Positions 1-10,000 of a stretch of DNA of 64,000 nucleotides are shown in pieces; the stretch's first letter is position 1, and every line of letters begins with the position of its first letter. This DNA comes from Candidatus Sumerlaeia bacterium. Lineage in GTDB: Bacteria; Sumerlaeota; Sumerlaeia; SLMS01; JANRJK01. The notes below the pieces were generated by a model. That model did no database searches. It saw only the letters and a program-made list of their open reading frames with translations, and had not been told where the DNA came from. A program made the translations under genes and the position numbers. The stretch lies in assembly GCA_033764015.1 (NCBI GenBank), contig JANRJK010000046.1, positions 160,001-224,000 of the forward strand. Direction: 5' to 3'.

Positions 1-749
1 AAGTCCAGCTCGTCTTGAGTATCCAAAGTAAAGCGCCCGCCCGCCAGAGAGCGACTCTGTTGGATGAATCTTCCGGTTGATGGCTCGAACAGGTACTCCT
101 GCGCCACACCTCGCTCAGGTAGCCAAACCGTGTTAAATCTGCCATAACCATCCGGAACGTAAGTAACGTTCCGCCCCCGAGCATCATTGTCAGATACCCA
201 GATGTCATCTACGACAAATTTGTAAGTTATGGGAAGAGGGTGAACCAAACTACAGCGCCAAGTCCCTTCACCATCAGGGATCAACTTGAGCGCTCCCTGC
301 TCCCATGAGTTGAAGTCGCCCGACAGCACGACGTCATGGGCGCCCGGCGCGACATGCTCAAAGGTCAAAGCAGTCGCGGGAGGACCGACCGCAACTCCAC
401 CCGACACGTTGAGATAGTTGTTCCACTCACCCTCCTCTGCCCTAACATAGACCGCACTGGAATAGTCCAGAAGCCAAACGCCCTCATCCGACCCGGCGGG
501 CAGGGCGAGAAATTTGTATTGGTGTTCGCCGTCCGAAACGGCGAGGGAAAGACGAAAGCCGTCCACGGTGCGACTCATCGGACTAACTGCTGCCTGCCAG
601 CCGTTGAAGGAGCCCACGACATAAGCAGCCTGAAAAGCGCCAGCCTCATCGGGCAGCACGAACTCGACTGCCCACGAACCGCCGCAGAGAGAAAGGGCAA
701 TCACAGTGGAGAAAAGGCGAGCGGCAAATGTAGGAGTGCCTCGCTGCAT
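1..749 (-). CDS. Secreted protein with two tandem CBM48/AMPK-beta-like glycogen-binding domains (3' end runs off the window)
   Basis: Absent from the ORF track because it has no stop in the window; translated by hand. ATG at 749 follows AAGGA; signal peptide MQRGTPTFAARLFSTVIALSLCGGSWA; domain 1 AYVVGSFNGW...GEHQYKF; domain 2 VVLSGDFNSW...TYKFVVDDIW...YVPDGYGRFN; open to position 1. Confidence 0.85.
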   Translation of the reverse strand, partial: MQRGTPTFAARLFSTVIALSLCGGSWAVEFVLPDEAGAFQAAYVVGSFNGWQAAVSPMSRTVDGFRLSLAVSDGEHQYKFLALPAGSDEGVWLLDYSSAVYVRAEEGEWNNYLNVSGGVAVGPPATALTFEHVAPGAHDVVLSGDFNSWEQGALKLIPDGEGTWRCSLVHPLPITYKFVVDDIWVSDNDARGRNVTYVPDGYGRFNTVWLPERGVAQEYLFEPSTGRFIQQSRSLAGGRFTLDTQDELD

Positions 750-975
750 GGTCGTATCCTTTTGTGTGGGCGGTTATGGGTGTGCCTTCCAGATGCTGGG
801 ACAGCGGGTCAGCGCGAAGATGAGCTGGGTCAAGGAAAAAAAGCCACCATGGCATGGTTGCGGTGCATCACCCCGCCGTCGCCCACTCCCCCTCCTTGAC
901 GCTCGCCGCGGGCTGGGGCACAACGGCGCATCACCCGGCAAGGCCCGCGCGCGGTGCGCGGGGCGGCGAGGCGGC

Positions 976-1974
976 ATGGCACCTCCGAAGGCCACCTTCT
1001 TCGAGCCCTCCAGCCACGACACCGTGGTCTGCACGCTCTGTCCCATCGAGTGCTCCATCGCGCCCAACCGGTCGGGCCATTGCGGCGTGCGGTCGAACCG
1101 GCGCGGCGAGCTCGTGCTCGACAGCTACGGCCGCGTGTCGGTGCTGGAACCGGTCATCCCGGAGCGGCTGCCGCTCTTCCACCATGACCCGCACCTGCGC
1201 TGGCTGCTCGCGGGGCAGCGCGGCTGCAACATGCGGTGCCCGTTCTGCACCACGAGCCGCTACAGCCAGCTCGCCGGCGCGCCGCAGGAGCCGCTCGCGC
1301 CGGAGGAGCTGGTCGAGCAGGCGGTGCTGCAGGAGTGCGGCGGCGTGTCCTTCGGCATCGCCGAGCCGGTGGTGTCGCTCGAGTACGTGCTCGACGTGTT
1401 CGCGCTCGCGAAGCAGGCGGGCCTGAAGCGCCACGTGGCGACGAACGGCTACCTCTGCGAGGAGCCGCTGCGCGACCTCCTGGCGGGCCTCGACGCGGTC
1501 ACGTTCGGCTTCAAAGGCGCGGACCCTCGCTTCCACCTCGATGTCGTCGGCGGCCAGCTCGAAACGACGCGGCACGCGCTCGATGCGGCCATCGCGGTCG
1601 GCGTCCATACGGAGGCCACCTACCTCGTGATCCCCGGGCGGACGGACCGCACGGAGGACGCGGAGGCGTTCGCGGAGCTGCTGGGGCAGACGCCGATCCG
1701 CTTCCCGGTGGTGCTGCTACCGTTCGAGCCGTCGTTCCAGTGGCGCGAGGCGGCGCCGGCGTCGCTGGCGGCGGTGGAGGCGTTCCGCCGCCTGCTCGAG
1801 GCGCTCGGCCACCCGGCCTACGTGGCGCACGAAGACAGCACGCGGCTCGACACGCGCTGCGGCAAGTGCGGCCGGACGCTGGTGCGGCGCAGCGGGGCGC
1901 AGCAGGTGCTTTTCGAGCCCGGCGCCCGCCAGTGCCCGCACTGCCGCCATCCGCTGCCCTTCACGCTCGACTGA
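976..1974 (+). CDS. Radical SAM enzyme, AmmeMemoRadiSam / PFL-activase-like
   Basis: N-terminal CTLCPIEC...GHCGVR, radical SAM motif CNMRCPFC, TNGY, C-terminal CGKC/CPHC. Start moved to ATG 976 because the upstream frame overlaps the divergent gene's region. Confidence 0.85.
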   Translation: MAPPKATFFEPSSHDTVVCTLCPIECSIAPNRSGHCGVRSNRRGELVLDSYGRVSVLEPVIPERLPLFHHDPHLRWLLAGQRGCNMRCPFCTTSRYSQLAGAPQEPLAPEELVEQAVLQECGGVSFGIAEPVVSLEYVLDVFALAKQAGLKRHVATNGYLCEEPLRDLLAGLDAVTFGFKGADPRFHLDVVGGQLETTRHALDAAIAVGVHTEATYLVIPGRTDRTEDAEAFAELLGQTPIRFPVVLLPFEPSFQWREAAPASLAAVEAFRRLLEALGHPAYVAHEDSTRLDTRCGKCGRTLVRRSGAQQVLFEPGARQCPHCRHPLPFTLD

Positions 1975-2057
1975 AAATCGGCGGCGCGGCGGGTTTACGT
2001 TGAATAACGGCGGGCTCCGGGCGTAGTCGATCCAGCGCCCGGAAGGAGTCCCGTTCC

Positions 2058-2678
2058 ATGGAAATCATCGCAACCCTCGCGCTCGCGCTCGGCGCCAGTT
2101 GGTGCGCCGGCATCAACCTCTACGCGACGGTCTTCGTGCTCGGCGCGTTGCACCGCTACACGGGCTTCGAGCTCCCGGCGGGCATGGAGCCCATCACCAG
2201 CGACTGGGTCCTCTGGCCCTCGCTGTTCCTGTATTGCGTCGAGTTCGTCGCCGACAAGGTGCCCGCGGTGGACTCCGCGTGGGACACGGTGCACACGTTC
2301 CTGCGGGTTCCCGCGGGCGCGGTGCTGGCCGCGACGGCGCTCGGCGACGTGCCGATGGAGTTCCAACTGCTGGCGGGCCTGCTGGGCGGCAGCCTGGCGC
2401 TGGCCAGCCACACGACCAAGGCCACCACGCGGCTCGCGCTGCACGGCAGCGGCGGCAGCCTCGCGGCACCCATCGTGAGCGTCGGCGAGGACGTGCTGGT
2501 GGTCGCCGCCATGGGCCTAGTGGCCGCGAACCCGGTGCTGTCGCTGTTCATCGTCGCGGTGATGATGGTCGCGGCGTACTACATCCTGAAGGCGTTCTGG
2601 GGCCTGGCGAAGCGCGTGGCGAACGGACTGCGCTCGCTGTTCGGCGGCGGCGCGCCTGCGGAGCCCGCGGCCGGCTGA
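2058..2678 (+). CDS. DUF4126-type membrane protein
   Basis: AGINLYATV, EFVADKVPAVDSAWD, several TM helices; AAGGAG RBS. Confidence 0.85.
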   Translation: MEIIATLALALGASWCAGINLYATVFVLGALHRYTGFELPAGMEPITSDWVLWPSLFLYCVEFVADKVPAVDSAWDTVHTFLRVPAGAVLAATALGDVPMEFQLLAGLLGGSLALASHTTKATTRLALHGSGGSLAAPIVSVGEDVLVVAAMGLVAANPVLSLFIVAVMMVAAYYILKAFWGLAKRVANGLRSLFGGGAPAEPAAG

Positions 2679-2880
2679 GGCGGCGGCTCGCGGTGCGGAG
2701 TCGAGCGCCGGGGGCGGGCGGATGCGCCTTCCCCCGGCGCTTCTCTTTTCAGGGCCCCCGGTTGAAGGGGAGGATTGCCCGCGGTTCGGGGACGCGTTCC
2801 GCTTGCGCCGGGCGGGACGGCGCCAATAAGCCCTCCCGAACGAAGTTCACCGTGGCTAACTCCCCGGCGGAAGGCAACCG

Positions 2881-3813
2881 ATGGACAGTCCCGTGATCCA
2901 AGTCCGCGACCTCGTCGTCGAGTACGGCTCCGGCCAGAAGCGCAACCGCGCGGTCCAGGGCATCTCGTTCTCCGTGGCGGACGGCGAGTGCGTCGGCTTC
3001 ATCGGCGCCAACGGCGCCGGCAAGTCCACCACCATGAAGACCATGATGGGCTTCCTGTTCCCGACCTCGGGGGACGTGCGCCTGTTCGGCGAGCCGGCCG
3101 GCACGGCGGAAAGCCGCATCCGCGTGGGCTACCTCCCCGAGGTGTCGCTCTACTACCCGTTCATGAAGGCGAAGGAGCTGCTCGAGCTGTACGGCGGCCT
3201 CTCCGGCCTCTCCCGCGCGGAACTCAAGAAGCGCATCCCGCCGCTGCTCGAGCGCGTCGGCCTCGGCGGCAAGGCGGACGTCCTCCTCAAGAACTTCTCG
3301 AAAGGCATGCAGCAGCGGCTCGGCATCGCGCAGGCCATCATCGCGGACCCGGAGCTGCTCATCTTCGACGAGCTGTCGAGCGGCCTCGACCCGGTCGGCC
3401 GGCACGACCTGCGCGACGTGCTGCTCGACCTGAAGAAGCGCGGGCGCACGATCTTCTTCAGCTCGCACGAACTCTCCGAAGTGGAAACGCTCTGCGACCG
3501 CGTGATCATGATCCACAAGGGGCGCATCGTGACGGAGGCGCGCGTCGCGGACCTGATGAAGCCGCTGAACATCTTCGAGATCGCCTTCTCGCTCCCCGCC
3601 GGGGAGCCGCCCGCGGCGCTCGCGCAGCTCGGCGCGCAGCGCGACGGCGCGGGCTGGCGCGCGTCCATCGCGGACGCCTCGCTCTACGCCCGCGCGGTGG
3701 CGCTGCTCGCCGAGCACGGCGCCACGATCACCTCGACCGCCACCCGCACCCGCTCGCTGGAGGACTACTTCATCGAACTGGTCCGCCGCGACGAGGCGGC
3801 GGCGGGCGCGTGA
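2881..3813 (+). CDS. ABC transporter ATP-binding protein (ABC-2/PilH-like)
   Basis: Walker A GANGAGKST, signature FSKGMQQR, Walker B LIFDE, SSH. Confidence 0.95.
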   Translation: MDSPVIQVRDLVVEYGSGQKRNRAVQGISFSVADGECVGFIGANGAGKSTTMKTMMGFLFPTSGDVRLFGEPAGTAESRIRVGYLPEVSLYYPFMKAKELLELYGGLSGLSRAELKKRIPPLLERVGLGGKADVLLKNFSKGMQQRLGIAQAIIADPELLIFDELSSGLDPVGRHDLRDVLLDLKKRGRTIFFSSHELSEVETLCDRVIMIHKGRIVTEARVADLMKPLNIFEIAFSLPAGEPPAALAQLGAQRDGAGWRASIADASLYARAVALLAEHGATITSTATRTRSLEDYFIELVRRDEAAAGA

Positions 3814-3829
3814 CGGGGGACCGGCAACC

Positions 3830-4633
3830 GTGAACGCCGCCTGGCTGATCGCGAAGAGCGTCCTCATCGAGGCGATGCGCCGCCGCGAGATCTACGCGAT
3901 CGTGCTCGTCTCGACCGTCATCATCGGCGCCGTCTTCACCGTGGACTTCTTCGGCCTCGAGGGCATCGTGAAGTTCTACCGCGAGATCGCGCTGCAGGTG
4001 ATGAGCGTCGCCACGTCGCTCACCGTCGTGGTGCTCGCCGCGCGGCAGCTCCCCCGCGAGTTCGAGAACCGCACCATCTACCCGCTGCTCGCCAAGCCGG
4101 TCTCGCGCGCGCGCTTCCTCACCGGCAAGCTGCTCGGCGTCATGCTGGCCGCCGCGTTCTGCTTCGGGCTCTTCATGTCGGTCTACCTCGCGGGCGCGCT
4201 CTACCTCGGAGGCGGGATTCCGTGGGCGCTCTTCGCGCAGTACGTCTACCTGCAGATGCTGCAGTTCCTCGTCCTCGCCACGCTGGCGTTCTGGCTGTCG
4301 ATGCTGATGAACCTCGACGCGGCGATCACGCTGGGGGCGCTCTTCATGGCCACCTCGAGCGTCGTGTCGAACGCGATGGTTTTCGTCTACGACTTCGTGG
4401 CGCCGCCGGCGCAGGTGGTGCTCCGCGTGCTCAACGTGGCGGTGCCGCACCTCGAGCTGTTCGACCTGTCGGAGAAGGCGGTCCACTCCGAGCTCGAGAT
4501 GGGCGGCGTGCGCCAGCAGTTCTGGCAGCCGCTCGGGCTCGACACCATGCTGTCGCTCACCTTGTACGGCGGCGTCTTCGCGGCGGTGTACTTCGGCTGC
4601 GCGCTGTGGTGCTTCCGGAGGCGCGCGCTGTGA
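3830..4633 (+). CDS. ABC-2 type permease (PilI-like)
   Basis: About 6 TM segments; motif REFENRTIYPLLAKPVSRARFLTGK. Confidence 0.9.
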   Translation: MNAAWLIAKSVLIEAMRRREIYAIVLVSTVIIGAVFTVDFFGLEGIVKFYREIALQVMSVATSLTVVVLAARQLPREFENRTIYPLLAKPVSRARFLTGKLLGVMLAAAFCFGLFMSVYLAGALYLGGGIPWALFAQYVYLQMLQFLVLATLAFWLSMLMNLDAAITLGALFMATSSVVSNAMVFVYDFVAPPAQVVLRVLNVAVPHLELFDLSEKAVHSELEMGGVRQQFWQPLGLDTMLSLTLYGGVFAAVYFGCALWCFRRRAL

Positions 4634-5427
4634 CCGCCGCCCCCGTCCTCCCCCCCGCGCGCGACCGCGTGCTCCTCGTCGGACGCGGCGTCTGGATCGA
4701 AATCGTCCGCCGCAAGGAATTCTACGTCCTGCTGATCCTGGTGGCGCTGTTCTGCCTGGCCGCGCTGGCGGTGTCCATCGTCGGCGTCTCGAACCCCGAG
4801 ACCGCCACGCTGCTGCTCAACATGGGGCTCACGCTGGCGGCGGGCGCGGCGCACCTGCTGACGCTCGTGACGGCGGCGCGTCAGATCCCCGCCGAGATCG
4901 AGAACCGCACGCTCTACCCGATGCTCGCGAAGCCGATCGGCCGCGGCGAGTTCTTCCTCGGCAAGTGGGCCGCGGTCGCGAGCGCGGGCTACGCGGTTTT
5001 CCTCGTGCTCCTGGTGCTCGTGTGGGCCAGCGTGCCCAAGATGGAGAGCTACGACGCGGCGCTCTTCGTCCAACTGGTGCTGCTGCAGGGCGTGTCGATC
5101 GCCTTCATGGCGGCGGCGGCGCTGGCGCTTTCGCTCTGGATGCCGACGCCGGTGGTGCTGGTGCTCCTGGCGCTCGTGTACGCCTTCGGGGCGAAGGGCG
5201 CGAACCTGCTCCAGGCCGCCACCGCCGGCGGCGCGCTCGAGGGCCCCGCCCGCGTCCTCGCCGCGTACCTCCCCAACTTCTCGCTGCTCAACGTGGTGAC
5301 GCGCTTCACGGACGGCATCGGCGCGCTCGGCGGCGGCCAGCTCCTCGGCCTGCTCGCCTACGCGTCGGTCTGGACCGCCGCGGCGTTCTTCGCCGGCGCC
5401 CGCAGCTTCGGCAAGCGACCCCTCTAG
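4630..5427 (+). CDS. Second ABC-2 type permease (paralog of 3830-4633)
   Basis: GTG start overlaps the upstream TGA (GTGA); motif EIENRTLYPMLAKPIGRGEFFLGK. Confidence 0.9.
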   Translation: MTAAPVLPPARDRVLLVGRGVWIEIVRRKEFYVLLILVALFCLAALAVSIVGVSNPETATLLLNMGLTLAAGAAHLLTLVTAARQIPAEIENRTLYPMLAKPIGRGEFFLGKWAAVASAGYAVFLVLLVLVWASVPKMESYDAALFVQLVLLQGVSIAFMAAAALALSLWMPTPVVLVLLALVYAFGAKGANLLQAATAGGALEGPARVLAAYLPNFSLLNVVTRFTDGIGALGGGQLLGLLAYASVWTAAAFFAGARSFGKRPL

Positions 5428-5441
5428 GAGAGACGATCCGC

Positions 5442-6431
5442 ATGGCACCGCCGCAAATCCTCGCGCTCCGCGCCGGCACCGCCGCCGCGCTCCTCTCCCT
5501 CCCGCTCTGGGTGCCGAGCCTCGCGCCGAACGAGTACGACGGCGGGCGCTCGACGGACATCGCCGCGATCGAGGCGCGCAACACCAGCGCCGTCGCCCGC
5601 CTCCTCGGCGAGTTCCGCGCCTCCATGTCCGACATGATGTTCATCAAGACCGAGAAGTACCTCCACGGCGGCATCAGCTACGCCCCGCACATGGACCTGG
5701 ACCGCACCGCGCAGACCGGCGAGCTGGCCCACAAGGGCGGCAAGCCCGAGGACGTCCACGGGCCCCACGAGGTCGGCGGCGCCTCCGGCATGGCCGCGCT
5801 CGAACTCGAAGACGAGGAGGAAGGGGAGGAGGAGGAGCACGCCGGCGTCGAGACGCTGATCCCCACGCCCGACAAGGACTTCCGAGCGTTCATCGGCGCG
5901 CTCCACCGCGAGGTGAAGCCATGGCGAGACCCGTCGCTGGACCACATCCACGACTCGGGCACCGAGCTGCTCCCCTGGTACCGCCTGATGACGCTTTCAA
6001 ACCCGCACAACGTGCGCGGCTACATGATCGGCGCCTGGTGGCTGAAGGGCTTCGGCACCGATGAGCAGAAGGCCGAGGCGGTGAAGTTCCTCGAAGAGGG
6101 CCTCCGCAACAACCCGAAGGCGTTCCAGCTCTGGCTGATGATGGGCTACCTGCTGCGCCAGGACGGCCAGCACGCGGAAGCGATGGAGTACTTCCACAAG
6201 GCGGCGGAACTCGCCGCGTCCACACGCCCCGCGGACGGCACGGCGACGCCGGGCTGGACGGACTACAAGGAGGAGGACGCCCGCGCGGCGATGCGCCTCT
6301 CGGTGCTCTCGGAGCGCGAATACGGCGACCCGGCGAACGCTCCGCAACTGGCCGCCAAGTACCTCGAATCGCTCGGCGAAGACGGCGTCCTGCAACGCGC
6401 GCTGACGGGGGAGATGCCGGGCGGGGAGTAG
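5442..6431 (+). CDS. Membrane-anchored TPR-like protein (PilG-like accessory of the ABC module)
   Basis: AGGAG RBS; N-terminal hydrophobic stretch; acidic EDEEEGEEEEH linker; helical repeats EAVKFLEEGLRNNPKAFQLWLMMGYLL. Confidence 0.75.
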   Translation: MAPPQILALRAGTAAALLSLPLWVPSLAPNEYDGGRSTDIAAIEARNTSAVARLLGEFRASMSDMMFIKTEKYLHGGISYAPHMDLDRTAQTGELAHKGGKPEDVHGPHEVGGASGMAALELEDEEEGEEEEHAGVETLIPTPDKDFRAFIGALHREVKPWRDPSLDHIHDSGTELLPWYRLMTLSNPHNVRGYMIGAWWLKGFGTDEQKAEAVKFLEEGLRNNPKAFQLWLMMGYLLRQDGQHAEAMEYFHKAAELAASTRPADGTATPGWTDYKEEDARAAMRLSVLSEREYGDPANAPQLAAKYLESLGEDGVLQRALTGEMPGGE

Positions 6432-6501
6432 CGGAGGGCGCTAGCGCGCGCCATCCAACTTCGCGATCAGCTTTCGATATCCGATCGGGGAGCCCCGCCG
6501 C

Positions 6502-6957
6502 TTGCCCACCGAAGCGAGACCTGCCCCATCGAAGCGCCGCCGCATCGCGCGGCTGCTGCCGTTGGCGCCGGTGGTGGCGGTCGCGGTGTTGGTGCTGTAC
6601 CAGTGGCGACGCCTCGAACAATCCCGCGTAGCCTTGCGCCGCGTGCTTGTCGAATCCGGTGCGGACCAATTGAAAGGCGTTCCGGAGACGGCGGACGAAC
6701 CGTCCGAGCCACTCGCCTCCGGGGGTGTGGCGCCGGGCTGTGGCGAAGTCCACGCGCTCGTTCGCGTCGCGGGTTCCGCGTCCCTCCGCTTTGAAGATCC
6801 AACACCGAAGCCCGGGAGCGCAGTGTTGCAGTCGCGGTTCAAGTCGTGCTTGGGTGTCGGCCCTACCTCCACCGAGGAAGGGTGGGGACGGCACCTATAC
6901 GACGAGTTGATCCTTTCCGGCCGCCGGCGGGGAGGCGGAATGATCGGCCCGCGCTAG
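6502..6957 (+). CDS. Possible small membrane-anchored hypothetical protein or gene remnant
   Basis: KRRR followed by a hydrophobic helix (LLPLAPVVAVAVLVLY); TTG start, atypical codon usage, no recognisable domain. Confidence 0.3.
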   Translation: MPTEARPAPSKRRRIARLLPLAPVVAVAVLVLYQWRRLEQSRVALRRVLVESGADQLKGVPETADEPSEPLASGGVAPGCGEVHALVRVAGSASLRFEDPTPKPGSAVLQSRFKSCLGVGPTSTEEGWGRHLYDELILSGRRRGGGMIGPR

Positions 6958-7085
6958 GCCCGCCGGCGCCGGTAAGCATCCACCGTGCTCCCGCACCCCG
7001 CCCACGACGCGGCGTTTCTTATAGTCCTTGACGGCAAATCGAGACCGTGGGGATTTTCGAGCATTCCGCCCCAGAGACCCCTCCC

Positions 7086-10000
7086 ATGCTCAATCAACCG
7101 AGCACGTTTCGAACCGCGCGCCCCACGGGGCATCCCTCCGTTGGCCGATCCCTTCCGTCCAGCGCCCCGAGGCCGGGACTCGGGGGGCTTCTGATCGCGC
7201 TCCTCGTCCTGCTGCTGGCGGCGGGATCGTTCCCTGTTGCCGCGGCTGCCGGCGAGCCGCTCGCCGACGCACCGCCGGAGGCGCAGCCCCTCGGCACCGG
7301 CGACGGGCGCATCCACGTGATCCCGTCGCTGGCGCCCTACTCGATCAAGAACGGCGAGAAGCTCACGCTCTCCGCCGTCGTCCGGTCGCAGCGCCCGGTC
7401 GCTTCCGTGGTGGCCGACCTCGGCGGCATGGCGCAGGTGACCCTCGAACCCAATACCCGTGCCGGCCTCGGCCAGATGGCCACCGGCGAGTCGGTCGCGG
7501 TCTACCAAGGCGAATGGACCGGCGCCGGCCTTGAGGAGAAGGTGTACGCCGTCACGCTCACCATCACCGACGTCGATGGCCACTCGTGGACCGACCACTC
7601 GCTAGCGTTTAGCGATCCTGCGGCGGGGAATTCGACGGTGGGGACGACAGCGTATCCGATGAGCAGAGTGGCTGGAGAGAACTTACAGTTCTCTGAAGCT
7701 TCCCTTTACTCCGGCGTGATCGATGCCGCGAACGGTTATGCGTATTTTGGGACTGGAGGTTATCCTGCGACAGTCGTCAAGGTAGCGCTTGGGAGCGGCG
7801 GCGCCCCTCCCGTCCGAGTCGGTGCCGTGCGTCTCAACACGGGCGAAGATGACTTGAGATGTGCCGTGATCGATCCCGTGAATGGTTACGCGTACTTCGG
7901 GGGAATCACCGGACGTATTGTGAAGATAGGGCTCGGGGCAGGTAGCGATCCACCAACGCGCGTGGGTGCCGTAACTCTCGATCCAGGGGAGGGTACTTTA
8001 TACTCTGCCGCGATCGATATTCAAAATGGTTATGCATACTTTGGAGCGCCCGACCGATTGGTCAAGGTAGCGCTGGGTGCTGGAAGCAATCCTCCCACCC
8101 GCATCGGTGCCGCATCCCTCAACGCCGGAGAAGGATCTATAGGCGCCACAGTTATCGATACCGCAAATGGATACGCGTACGTAGGAACCCGAGTCAGCCG
8201 ACCTGCCCGAGTGGTGAAGTTTGCGCTTGGCGCCGGAAGCGCCCCTCCTTCACGCGTCGGCGCAGTCACGCTGCTGACAGGCGAAAATGATCTATCCTCC
8301 GAAGCAATTGACGTGGCAAACGGATTCGCGTATTTCGGCACCTACACAACACCTGGAATTGTCGTTAAGGTGGCGCTGGGAGACGGCAGCGATCCTCCTA
8401 CGCGCGTCGGTGCCCTTACGCTGCAAACGGGCGAATCTGAGCTTGTGTCCGCGGTGATCGATATTGGAAGTGGATACCTTTACTTCGGTACCGACGAATT
8501 GGCGGCTTACTTGGTGAAGGTGGCAGTCGGTAGCGGTAGCAATTCCCCCACTCGTATTGGTAGAGTCAGTCTCTTGCCAGGAGAGAGCTATCTTCACTCC
8601 GCAGTAATCGATCCGGCCAACGGACATGCCTTCGTTGGAACTCTGACCAATCCGGCGCAGGTAGTAAAAATCTCGCTAGGAAGTGGTAGCAATCCCCCAA
8701 CCCGAGTTGCCGCCGTCACCCTTCACAGGGTTCAATCGTTCCCCAATAGCGCTGTTGTCGATCCCGCTACTAGACACGCATTTCTTGGCACAAATACAAG
8801 TCCCGGCCAGATCGTGAAGGTATCGCTGGGAAACGGGAGCAGTCCGCCCGAAAATGTCGGCTCCTTAATCCTCGACGCAGGCTTGTCCGAAATCGATCTC
8901 ACTACCGGTGTTATCGACCCCGCCAACGGCTACGCTTACTTTGGGACGGATACTACGCGTGGGCGGGTGATAAAAGTTGCACTTGGAGGCGGAAGCGATC
9001 CTCCAACCCGTGTTGGCTCCACCACTTTCAACACTGGTGAAGACAGTATCGGCTGTGCCGTGATCGATGCCGCTAACGGGTACGCCTATTTTGGAACAAG
9101 AACGCTTCCCGCGCACGTTGTCAAGGTGGCTCTAGGCAGCGGGAGCAATCCACCTACTCGTGTTGGTGCCCTCACCCTTGGAGTGGAGGACAACGGCGGG
9201 CTTCGTTCTGCCGTGATCGACACTACCACGGGCCATGCATACTTTGGAAATGGAGGAGGCTCAGGCCGCGTGTTGAAGATTGCCCTGGGGAGCGGGGCCA
9301 ATCCGCCAACTCGGGTCGGCGCCGCCCCCCTTAACGCCGGGGAAACTGGCCTCGCGTGCGCCATCGCCGACATTGCCAACGGCTACGCTTACTTTGGTAC
9401 CACGACATCGCCAGGGCGGGTGGTGAAGGTGGCGCTCGGGAACGGAGCCGATCCCCCCACACGTGTGGGCGCAGTCACGCTCAACCCGGGGGAAGATATC
9501 CTCACGTGCGCCGTTGCTGACACTACCAACGGATACGCGTACTTCGGCACCTCAACATCGCCAGGGCGGGTGGTAAAGGTAGCGCTCGGGAGTGGGAGCA
9601 ATCCTCCCAGCCGCCTCAGCGCCATCACCATGACGGCTTCGGAAGAGCGATTTTTCATATCCGCCGCTATGGACCCTAACGAACGGTACCTCTATCTGGG
9701 AACCAGCACCGCTCCGGGAAAACTGGTAAAGGTCTCGCTAACTCCCGTCGGTCTACTCAAAGGAACCCGATTCACCATCCCCGAGGGCCTCGTCTCCGTC
9801 ACCGATGTCCGTATGCATAGTCACGCCGCCGTCGGCAACGTTCGCATGGCGATCTACGACAACGCGGAACCGAAGAACCTCCTCTGGCAGTCCGGTGAGG
9901 TCGCGAACACCGCAGCGAATTCCACGTTGACGGTTCCGATCAGCTCAGGAACGCCGCCCACGCTGAACTTGGCGGCGGGCACCTACTGGGCCACATGGCA

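Noticed and set aside
336..899. 187-aa plus-strand ORF
   Set aside because: Antisense to the CBM48 protein, which has a signal peptide, an RBS and recognisable motifs.
7665..9746. Regular ~150-bp periodicity as a CRISPR array or DGR
   Set aside because: The repeats are in-frame protein repeats diverged at synonymous sites; there are no identical repeats with unique spacers, and no cas or reverse transcriptase gene in the window.
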